Translations under genes and position numbers: made by a program
Part shown: positions 1 through 6,903 of the stretch, piece by piece
Layout of the letters: each line of letters begins with the position of its first letter
Position numbering within the stretch: position 1 is the first letter of the stretch
Origin: a virus
Taxonomy: Duplodnaviria > Caudoviricetes
DNA length: 32,264 nt
Reading direction: 5' to 3' (one strand)
IMG/VR virus record: IMGVR_UViG_3300014613_000068
Coordinates: 1-32,264 of that record
Notes under the pieces: generated by a model
Seen by the model: only the letters and a program-made list of their open reading frames with translations
Database searches by the model: none
Told to the model about the DNA's origin: nothing

Positions 1-1
1 C

Positions 2-328
2 TATGGGTGCGCGGGAGAACACTGGAAACCGCTGTCTGGGCAGGATGTTTTCTTATTGCTTGCCGGAGCCGGAATCCAGGCCGTGGATTGTGGGCAAACT
101 CTTGCCTTAGTGGATGATCCCGCCCGTCATGAGATGAACCCTGTTCTTGGCGCGGATCCTTCCAGGGATGAAGTATGGGCCTGGATGATCGGATCCCTGA
201 TAACCAAAGTGGTCGTGACGTGGTACCTCGATCCGAAGGACCGGCCGGTCTGGGAGGTGGGGACGAGTTTGATTTCCTTGTGGGCGGTGACGAATAATAT
301 GGATGAGGGGCTTTCCCCTCGATTTTAA
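2..328 (+). CDS. 5'-truncated membrane/lipoprotein (DUF5658-like), lysis-region gene
   Basis: Frame is open from the window start (YGCAGEHWKPL...). It has a possible lipobox Cys, hydrophobic segments and a D-x2-QT...E-MNPVLG motif, and lies directly upstream of the holin. Confidence 0.55.
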   Translation, partial: YGCAGEHWKPLSGQDVFLLLAGAGIQAVDCGQTLALVDDPARHEMNPVLGADPSRDEVWAWMIGSLITKVVVTWYLDPKDRPVWEVGTSLISLWAVTNNMDEGLSPRF

Positions 329-343
329 AAGGAGGGCTTCGCA

Positions 344-853
344 ATGGGACTGGATCTGACAGGACTTGGAAGCGCATTCGATTTTGCCAAGGGCGTAATG
401 AACCGCATCTGGCCGGAAAAGGCTTCCGAACAGGAGAAGCTGGCCGCAGCGGCAGCGATGGCAGAGATGGTGGAGTCCAGGGACTCTGAACGGGACGGAT
501 ACCGCCGGGACATCATGGTGGCGGAGCTGGAGCAGGGTGATAAATTCACCAAACGGGCACGGCCCTGGCTCGTCTATTCCGGGTTGATTTTCACCGGACT
601 GATCCTCTTGTTTCGGCTGGCAGCAAAAGCCATCGGCATCTGGGTCCTCCTGGACAAGACAGCGGACCCGGTCCAGATGGCCGCGCTCCAGGTTCAGATC
701 GAGGGCTTAGCTGGCCTGAACCTTCCCGGCGAATTCTGGTTGGCCTGGGGCGGTGCGGTGAGTATCTACTCCATCGGTCGGTCTGCTGAAAAGCGTGGTG
801 CCCAGGGCGTGATCGGTACGGTGGCGGGGATGATAACCGGGAACAAAAAATAA
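344..853 (+). CDS. 3-TM holin (GTA_holin_3TM-like)
   Basis: AGGAGG RBS. KFTKRARPWLVY followed by a TM helix, and C-terminal GGAVSIYSIGRSAEK, match the 3TM/GTA holin pattern. Confidence 0.8.
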   Translation: MGLDLTGLGSAFDFAKGVMNRIWPEKASEQEKLAAAAAMAEMVESRDSERDGYRRDIMVAELEQGDKFTKRARPWLVYSGLIFTGLILLFRLAAKAIGIWVLLDKTADPVQMAALQVQIEGLAGLNLPGEFWLAWGGAVSIYSIGRSAEKRGAQGVIGTVAGMITGNKK

Positions 854-876
854 CCCCTTTCCGAATTTTGCCGTTC

Positions 877-1007
877 TAAGTTATTGTAATCATTGCATAA
901 AAACAGGTGCTTTCTTAGTGCTTGATTTTATTACATATTCTCACGTCCTGTTTTTCGATAATACCGTCCCGAAGCGAAAATTTATTTATAATGATTACAA
1001 TAACTTA
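877..1007. repeat. Perfect 18-bp inverted repeat in the AT-rich late/early junction
   Basis: TAAGTTATTGTAATCATT (877-894) and its reverse complement AATGATTACAATAACTTA (990-1007). Confidence 0.9.
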
Positions 1008-1037
1008 TAAAATAATGTATTTTTTTTAAGATTTTTC

Positions 1038-1066
1038 TTGTTTTTAAGATTTTTCAGCATTATATT
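1038..1066 (+). promoter_or_regulatory. sigma70-type early promoter
   Basis: TTGTTT (1038-1043), 17 nt, TATATT (1061-1066), with an AT-rich upstream region and tandem TTTTTAAGATTTTTC. Predicted TSS is about 1073. Confidence 0.7.
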
Positions 1067-1299
1067 ATTAATCAACAAGGGCGAGGAACCCAAAACCAAA
1101 CCAGAAACACGAAACGCTGGATTGAAAAATCGATGGTCGGCGGGTGCGAGCCAGAAAAACCCGCAAACGGAAGGGGAACAGCAGAAGCGGCCCCAACCTC
1201 AGGCAAAGCAAAAAGGCCTGCCGAACCGCAAGATACAGGACTAAGGGCCAGGGTGAGCGGGGAGGGAACGAAAGAGAGAGACGGACCCAGAGGATCGGG

Positions 1300-1363
1300 T
1301 CCTTAATGCAGCCTCCTTATATAATAAGGTGCCGGTCCCAAGCCCGGATAAATGCAGAGGGAA
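1300..1363 (+). ncRNA. Twister self-cleaving ribozyme #1
   Basis: U^AA at 1304/1305; P2 TGCA/TGCA (1307-10/1353-56); T2 GC/GC; P3 CCTTAT/ATAAGG; P4 CCGG/CCGG; L4 TCCCAAGC; T1 TCCC/GGGA. The core TGCCGGTCCCAAGCCCGGATAAA matches the canonical rice twister as I recall it. Confidence 0.93.
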
Positions 1364-1397
1364 TCCTTCAAAACCTTTTAAACAAAGGAGCAGGATA

Positions 1398-1742
1398 ATG
1401 GCTAAAGGGACTTCCAACAACAAAGCGAACAGCGGAGGCAAATGGATCCGGACCGAAAAGCGGGCCGCAATCTACCGTCGGGATAATTACCGCTGTGTGT
1501 ACTGCGGCGAGCACGTAGCAGACCCGGAAGTCGGGACCCTGACCCTGGATCACGTTCTGGCCCAGGAGCTTGGCGGGACGAACGAAGCGAACAATTTGGT
1601 GACAGCGTGCTTGTCGTGCAACAGCCGGAAGGGCAAGAAAACCACGACCCAGTTCGTCGCATACCTCCAGAGCAAAGGGGTGGACACGGAAGGGATCGCG
1701 AAACGGATTCGGAACGCCACAAGGCGGAAACTCAATAAATAA
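1398..1742 (+). CDS. HNH endonuclease (McrA/HNH_5-like)
   Basis: AAGGAG RBS and ATG at 1398. IYRRDNYRCVYCG...TLDHV...GGTNEANNLVTACLSCNSRKG. Confidence 0.92.
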   Translation: MAKGTSNNKANSGGKWIRTEKRAAIYRRDNYRCVYCGEHVADPEVGTLTLDHVLAQELGGTNEANNLVTACLSCNSRKGKKTTTQFVAYLQSKGVDTEGIAKRIRNATRRKLNK

Positions 1743-1749
1743 GGAGGGC

Positions 1750-2160
1750 ATGACAATGGCACGGAAAACCACGAAGGTGAAGATCGGCAATGGCGTGGCT
1801 GCGAAGATCAACCGCGGCCGGGAGATCGTGGAGCAGATGGCGGAACTGAAGGAGGAGCTGGACGGGATCAGGACGGCAATGATCGCCGAGGCGGGAAGCG
1901 TGTCCGGGGATCTTCACGCGGAGCCGATCTTCCTCCACACGGCCAAGGGCGTCGGTGTCGAGATCAGCCAGGATGCGGACCGGCCAGTAGTTGGTCCCCG
2001 GATCTTCTGGAGGACTTGCGAGGAGCGCGGGATTTCTGAAGTCGAGCGGTTTCAGGCTTTCAAGGTAAGTATCCCCGAAGCTCGCCGATTTCTGGGAGAA
2101 GATGGGATCAAGGACATCGCAACCAGCATGAAGCCCGGTTCCATCAAGGTCAAATGGTAA
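1750..2160 (+). CDS. hypothetical early phage protein (N-terminal coiled coil)
   Basis: AAGGAGGGC RBS; tightly packed in the operon. Confidence 0.75.
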   Translation: MTMARKTTKVKIGNGVAAKINRGREIVEQMAELKEELDGIRTAMIAEAGSVSGDLHAEPIFLHTAKGVGVEISQDADRPVVGPRIFWRTCEERGISEVERFQAFKVSIPEARRFLGEDGIKDIATSMKPGSIKVKW

Positions 2161-2172
2161 AGGGGGGGAATC

Positions 2173-2436
2173 ATGGCACGGTTCAAAGCAGAGCGGTTAG
2201 TGTTTCAGGACGGACTTTCGACCAGAACCCTCATCCAAGACGCGAGCGGAAATGTCCGGTCCATCAAGGACGGGGTTGAGCGAAACCTGGACGATGATGA
2301 GCTTCTCCGGGCCAGGGAGATGATCCGCAGGGCTCGGGCGCGAAAGCGGGCGAAGGAAGGGCGCCACGCAATGAAAGAAGCGATGGAGTCCATCGGCATG
2401 GTCCGGGGAACGGACAGCATGGGCCGAAGGATCTAG
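2173..2436 (+). CDS. hypothetical early protein
   Basis: G-rich RBS; operon position. Confidence 0.7.
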   Translation: MARFKAERLVFQDGLSTRTLIQDASGNVRSIKDGVERNLDDDELLRAREMIRRARARKRAKEGRHAMKEAMESIGMVRGTDSMGRRI

Positions 2437-2470
2437 GAATAACATCTGGCAGGGGCCGGAAACGGCCCCA

Positions 2471-2538
2471 TCCTTAATGCGGCCTTCCGGGGATGGACCC
2501 CGGATGACGGTTCCAAGCCCGAATAAACGCAGAGGGGG
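2471..2538 (+). ncRNA. Twister self-cleaving ribozyme #2
   Basis: U^AA at 2475/2476; P2 TGCG/CGCA (compensatory change relative to #1); P3 TCCGGGG/CCCCGGA; P4 CGG/CCG; L4 TTCCAAGC; GA then GGGG for T1. Confidence 0.9.
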
Positions 2539-2572
2539 CAATCCAACAAACTCGAAGAGGAGGGCTGGACAA

Positions 2573-2803
2573 ATGATGACCGTAGGCGAACTGAGAGAGA
2601 TCCTGGAGGGTCTGGATGACGAGACGGAGGTGCGTTTTGCGCATCAGCCAAACTGGCCGTTCGAGCTGAGCATCGGAGCCCATTGCCTGGGCCTTGAACG
2701 CAATACCGCCGGAGACGATGTTGACGTTCTATACCTTACCGAGGGACACCAGATCGGATACCTGCCGGATGCTGTTTCCGCAGCGCTGGGATGGGGGGGA
2801 TAA
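2573..2803 (+). CDS. hypothetical phage protein (MTVGELREILEGLDD.. type)
   Basis: GAGGAGGGC RBS before ATG 2573. The ORF-track start at 2477 lies inside twister #2 and is not used. Confidence 0.75.
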   Translation: MMTVGELREILEGLDDETEVRFAHQPNWPFELSIGAHCLGLERNTAGDDVDVLYLTEGHQIGYLPDAVSAALGWGG

Positions 2804-3291
2804 TGAAATACGACGATCACGGAGGCATCATTCATAAGTTGTCCTGGGACTGGCATCGCCGGACCGGTCTGGATCTGGAGGAACTGAAGGCGGAAGCCCT
2901 TTGCGCCTTCGCCAAGGTCGCGCGGACGTATAACGGAACTTCAGAGGAATCCACCTGGGTCTGGTTCCTGGTGGATCGGGAACTGGGAGGATGGGCCGCG
3001 AAAGAGATGCGGCACCGGCGACCAATAAACGCGGAAGGCTGCAACGAGGATCAGGAAGGACTCCCGGACGGCGGTCCGTGGTTGGTGGATCTGCTGGCTT
3101 CCATCGGTAAGGAGGCTCGGGAGGTGGTGGAGACGGTGTTCAAAGCCCCGGCGGAATTGGCGGAGTTCATGCCGACGAAACGAGAGCGGGGACTGACGAT
3201 GGCGACCCTGGGTCGCTATTTCCGACGGAAGAAGGGCTGGAGCGGATGCCAATGCGACCGGGCATTCGCAGAGATCAAGGAGGCACTATGA
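2803..3291 (+). CDS. phage sigma-factor-like protein (region 2 plus C-terminal helical/HTH domain)
   Basis: DLEELKAEALCAFAKVARTYNG..EESTWVWFLVDREL resembles sigma70/ECF region 2 (EDLxQE..L.KA...YD...FSTW). TAATG coupling to the upstream gene. Confidence 0.6.
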   Translation: MKYDDHGGIIHKLSWDWHRRTGLDLEELKAEALCAFAKVARTYNGTSEESTWVWFLVDRELGGWAAKEMRHRRPINAEGCNEDQEGLPDGGPWLVDLLASIGKEAREVVETVFKAPAELAEFMPTKRERGLTMATLGRYFRRKKGWSGCQCDRAFAEIKEAL

Positions 3292-3353
3292 CCAAACGAG
3301 AAATTCTCCCGCTTTTGAAGGCGGCGCCGGTCTTCGTGCAGGAGGTCGCATGA
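3288..3353 (+). CDS. 21-aa coupled micro-ORF (MTKREILPLLKAAPVFVQEVA)
   Basis: AAGGAGG RBS; ATGA overlaps at both ends. Confidence 0.45.
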   Translation: MTKREILPLLKAAPVFVQEVA

Positions 3354-3445
3354 TGAAATGGTCCGATAAAGCATCGAAGATCGCGTTTATCTGGCTCCTG
3401 GGCGTAGCCTGCGGGTACGCCTGGGCATGGCATCATTTCCATTAG
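3350..3445 (+). CDS. 31-aa single-TM peptide (MMKWSDKASKIAFIWLLGVACGYAWAWHHFH)
   Basis: AGGAGG RBS, ATGA overlap, hydrophobic core. Confidence 0.55.
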   Translation: MMKWSDKASKIAFIWLLGVACGYAWAWHHFH

Positions 3446-3468
3446 AAAGGAGGCCCCGAAAAGGGGCT

Positions 3469-3539
3469 ACCGGACATGGGACCACCTCCACGTGGTGTCC
3501 GGCGGGCAACGTCGCGTAGAGCGGCGGCTGACGGTTCCG
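3469..3539 (+). ncRNA. HDV-like self-cleaving ribozyme
   Basis: P1 ACCGGAC/GTCCGGC (A.C at position 1); P2 GGGACC/GGTTCC; P3 ACC/GGT; L3 TCCACGT; P1.1 CC/GG; GCAA; P4 CGTCGC/GCGGCG; J4/2 GCTGAC with the catalytic-position C at 3528. Confidence 0.85.
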
Positions 3540-3635
3540 AAGGGTAAGGGATGGGTTCATAGGTGATCGCCCCGTAGAAACGATTCTACGGCCTTTGAAG
3601 GGGTATTTTAACACGTATCTAAAAGGAGATTTACA

Positions 3636-5666
3636 ATGTCCGACAAAGCTCTTCAGATTCAGGAGCGACCGGACCCCGCGAAGACGTACCGCGTGGAGGT
3701 CCCGGTCTGGCTGGCACTGAGAAAAAACGTGCCCGCCGTGTTCGTGGGAAGAGTTCTTGCCGATTCCGGTAAGGGCCTTCAGATTTATGGCCGAGGGACA
3801 ACGGACGGCCACGCAGTCTGCATGAGATGTGGTCGGGCCTTGACCCACCCGGTCAGCGTGCTCCTGGGCATCGGTCCTGAGTGCGGCGAACACTGGTGGG
3901 AACTGGGCAGGGCGATGACCGAGGCGGATCTGGAATACCTCCAGAGCAGGGTTCGGGAGATTATGGTCGAAGGCTGGTTCCCGGCGCGGTTCCTCTCACT
4001 GTATGAGACGACCGAAACGGTGGAGATTCCGGCTGGTATGAAGGCGGCCGAAGCCAAGAAGCCCGAGGATGCCAAAAAATGGGCCGGTCTTGTGGACGGC
4101 AAGATCGCAGTCAAGTTCTGGTTCCCGAAAGGGGACAACAGATTCAGCGATGCCCTGGCAATCGTCAAAGGCATTCCCGGACGCCGGTGGAAGCCGGAGA
4201 ACAAAACCTGGGTGGCCCCGTTCTCCGTGGAAGCGTATGAAGCCCTGGAACAGGACGGGTTCGAGATGGGTGACAGCCTCCAGGATGCGTATGCGCGGGT
4301 AGCCGGGGAAGTGGCCCAGGGCGAGGATCTGGGAGATGCTGACCTGGATGGGCGCTTGAGACCCTTCCAGAAGGATGGGGTGCTGTTCACGCGGGACCGG
4401 GGATACCGGGCTTTAATCGCCGACGAGATGGGTCTTGGCAAAACCGCCCAGGCCCTGGCTGCGATGAAGATGGCAGATGAATGGCCCGCTGTGGCTGTGG
4501 TGCCCGCAACCGTCAAGATCAACTGGATGCGGGAAGCCGCGATGTGGGTGCCGGGACTTCGAGTTCATATCCTCGCAGGCAGGAAGAATGGTGGGCTTCC
4601 CCCAGCGGATTTGTACATTATCAATTACGATATCCTGGGTGCTCGGCTGGAGGAATTAAAGGCCGTCGGGATCAAGTTTGTAGTGCTCGACGAATGTCAT
4701 TTCGTCAAGAACAAGGCCGCCCAGCGGACGAAGGCAGTCAAGGCACTCTGCAAGGGCGTGGAGAAGGTCGTGGCCCTCTCAGGGACCCCGATCACGAATC
4801 GGCCTGTGGAGTTCTTCACGGCCCTGAATCTGATCCGTCCTGAGGCGTTCCCGTCCTTCTGGCGGTATGCCCAGGAGTATTGCGGGGCCAAGCACAACGG
4901 ATTCGGCTGGGATTTTACCGGGGCAACGAACCTGGAGAAGCTCCACGAGATGTTGACCAGGACGGTGATGGTAAGGCGGCTCAAGGCCGATGTCCTCAAG
5001 GAGCTGCCGCCCAAGACGCGGGCTGTGGTCTCCCTGGAGATCGAAGATCGGAAGGGGTACGAGCGGCTGGAAATGGAGCTGCGGGAATGGGTCCGGGAGA
5101 ATCGGAACGCCAACGCAGAAGCACTTAGCCGGATCGAGCAGCTCAAACAGGCTGCGTTCGCCCGGAAGGAAAAGGCAGCGCTTTCCTGGATCAAGGACTT
5201 CCTGGACTCGGACCAGAAGCTGGTCGTGTTCTGCACGCACACAGCCACGGTAGATGCCGTGATGTCCGCCTTCCCAGGGGTAAGTGTAAGGGTAGACGGC
5301 AGGGACTCTCAGAACGCCAGACAGACGTCTGTGGACCGATTCCAGGAGGATGATTCTGTCCGCTTGTTCGTCGGCAATATCAAGGCGGCCGGTGTCGGGA
5401 TCACCTTGACGGCTTCCTCCAATACCTGCTTTTTGGAGCTTTCGTGGGCGCCTTCAGATCACGATCAGGCAGAAGACCGGGTTCACAGGATCGGGCAGGA
5501 TGACGCAGTCACGGCATGGTATCTCCTGGCGGATGGTACGATCGAATCCGAAATCAGCAAACTACTGGACAGCAAAAGGTCCGTCCTCTCTCAGGCGCTC
5601 GATGGCAAGGAGGCCGACTCCGGTTCCATGCTGCGCGAACTGATGGATGGTCTGGCCGGGGAATAA
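3636..5666 (+). CDS. SNF2-family (SMARCAL1/HARP-like) helicase with N-terminal DUF6011-like Zn domain
   Basis: CMRCGRALTHPVSVLLGIGPECG; LRPFQ; ADEMGLGKT; LDECH; LSGTPITN; GVGITLT; QAEDRVHRIGQ. Confidence 0.92.
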   Translation: MSDKALQIQERPDPAKTYRVEVPVWLALRKNVPAVFVGRVLADSGKGLQIYGRGTTDGHAVCMRCGRALTHPVSVLLGIGPECGEHWWELGRAMTEADLEYLQSRVREIMVEGWFPARFLSLYETTETVEIPAGMKAAEAKKPEDAKKWAGLVDGKIAVKFWFPKGDNRFSDALAIVKGIPGRRWKPENKTWVAPFSVEAYEALEQDGFEMGDSLQDAYARVAGEVAQGEDLGDADLDGRLRPFQKDGVLFTRDRGYRALIADEMGLGKTAQALAAMKMADEWPAVAVVPATVKINWMREAAMWVPGLRVHILAGRKNGGLPPADLYIINYDILGARLEELKAVGIKFVVLDECHFVKNKAAQRTKAVKALCKGVEKVVALSGTPITNRPVEFFTALNLIRPEAFPSFWRYAQEYCGAKHNGFGWDFTGATNLEKLHEMLTRTVMVRRLKADVLKELPPKTRAVVSLEIEDRKGYERLEMELREWVRENRNANAEALSRIEQLKQAAFARKEKAALSWIKDFLDSDQKLVVFCTHTATVDAVMSAFPGVSVRVDGRDSQNARQTSVDRFQEDDSVRLFVGNIKAAGVGITLTASSNTCFLELSWAPSDHDQAEDRVHRIGQDDAVTAWYLLADGTIESEISKLLDSKRSVLSQALDGKEADSGSMLRELMDGLAGE

Positions 5667-5689
5667 GGTCGATTTTTGGTATAATGTAA
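5656..5689 (+). promoter_or_regulatory. phage-specific promoter motif, copy 1
   Basis: CCGG-GGA-ATAAGG-N9-GGTATAATGTAA, followed by a 5' stem-loop at about 5695-5719. Confidence 0.8.
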
Positions 5690-5728
5690 ATAATGGGGGC
5701 CGGTTTTCGGCCGGTCCCCAAACAAACT

Positions 5729-6689
5729 AAAAGGAGGGCTGAAGATGAGGAAAGGCGGGTTCAATTTATTTGGTTCATCGCTTGGAGAAAGAGCAGGCTC
5801 AATACTCGACCAGATTGAAGGGGTGCGGAAGGGTTTAGGAAAAATCCCTTTCTGGAATCGGTTACCGGTTGATGACCCTTTGCGGCCGCAGAAAATTGAT
5901 GCCGGTGCCGTCTGGGAGGCAAACCTGAAGACGCTCGGCCTTGCGGATATCACAGATCCGAACGGACCCATTTTTCGCGTGTTTCAGCATCCGAAAGTCC
6001 TGGATCATGTTTCCAGGGGCGTCAGGGACGCGTACAAGCAAGAACGTCCGGCAACCAAGGGTCAGGCCCGTACTCACGTTTTCGCGGCTTCGAATACCCG
6101 TTTTGCGGCGTTTGAAGGCTGTTATTACAATCCGTGGCGGACCCGAAAAGTAGCCAATCCTCCGGCGGCCGGGAAGTTCTTCAGTTGGGAAGGTGACGAG
6201 ATCGGCTGGTACACGGACAGCGTGATGATGGCGTACCTGCCAAAGCGCCCCGCCATAAAAAAACCCTGGACGAAAATGGATGAAGTCCTGCTCTCGGAAC
6301 GGGCGGAAGAATGGGCGGCGGGACCGTGGGAAGATGCGGACATCCTGGCCGAAGCCTACATGGGGACGGAAAAGACAGATGCTTCAAAGGTGCTTGCGCA
6401 CGTCCGGAGCTGCGCGAATCCGCTCCAGCACTGGTTCTATTCGGCGCACCGGATGGATTTTCTACTGACGACGTTTCCCGGAGCTGGCATCAAGTTCAAT
6501 ACGGCAATGCCGGGGGTAGCGGGGATATTCCCCGCCGGTTCAGAGAAGCCGGCAGCATTCATTGCCAACAGCACTACGGGGACGGGATTGGGTACTCCCG
6601 GAACTATTTCGGCAATGCCGACGGAGTGGACGCAACGATACCAAAAACTCTTTGAAAAGGAGGGCTGAAAAGGAGGGCTGAAGATGAGG
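5729..6689 (+). repeat. 22-bp direct repeat AAAAGGAGGGCTGAAGATGAGG (5729-5750, 6668-6689) plus a tandem 13-mer at 6654-6679
   Basis: Exact sequence match. Confidence 0.9.
5745..6668 (+). CDS. hypothetical protein (307 aa), flanked by a 22-bp direct repeat
   Basis: AAGGAGGGC RBS; long ORF with no recognised motif. Confidence 0.75.
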   Translation: MRKGGFNLFGSSLGERAGSILDQIEGVRKGLGKIPFWNRLPVDDPLRPQKIDAGAVWEANLKTLGLADITDPNGPIFRVFQHPKVLDHVSRGVRDAYKQERPATKGQARTHVFAASNTRFAAFEGCYYNPWRTRKVANPPAAGKFFSWEGDEIGWYTDSVMMAYLPKRPAIKKPWTKMDEVLLSERAEEWAAGPWEDADILAEAYMGTEKTDASKVLAHVRSCANPLQHWFYSAHRMDFLLTTFPGAGIKFNTAMPGVAGIFPAGSEKPAAFIANSTTGTGLGTPGTISAMPTEWTQRYQKLFEKEG

Positions 6690-6902
6690 GCGAAGCTGGT
6701 AATCTTTACAGCAATGAGCGGACGGAGGCGGGTGGGTTTCCTGCTCCGGGAGTCCCAGAAGACGGTCAAGGTGCTGACCCGGACGAACAGCGGGAGAGCA
6801 ATGACGGAGCTGGTGGTAAGCAAGAAAAACGGCGCCGTCTCTTTTGGGCCGAACATCAATGCGGACGAAAGGAACCTGGCGTTCGCGGAACAGGAGGGCT
6901 GA
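6684..6902 (+). CDS. hypothetical protein
   Basis: RBS; operon packing. Confidence 0.7.
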   Translation: MRAKLVIFTAMSGRRRVGFLLRESQKTVKVLTRTNSGRAMTELVVSKKNGAVSFGPNINADERNLAFAEQEG

Positions 6903-6903
6903 A

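Noticed and set aside
1038-1398. ORFs 1038-1244 and 1144-1398, and the 1329 start for the HNH gene
   Set aside because: They start inside the promoter or ribozyme, lack an RBS, and stay open mainly because the region is T-poor.
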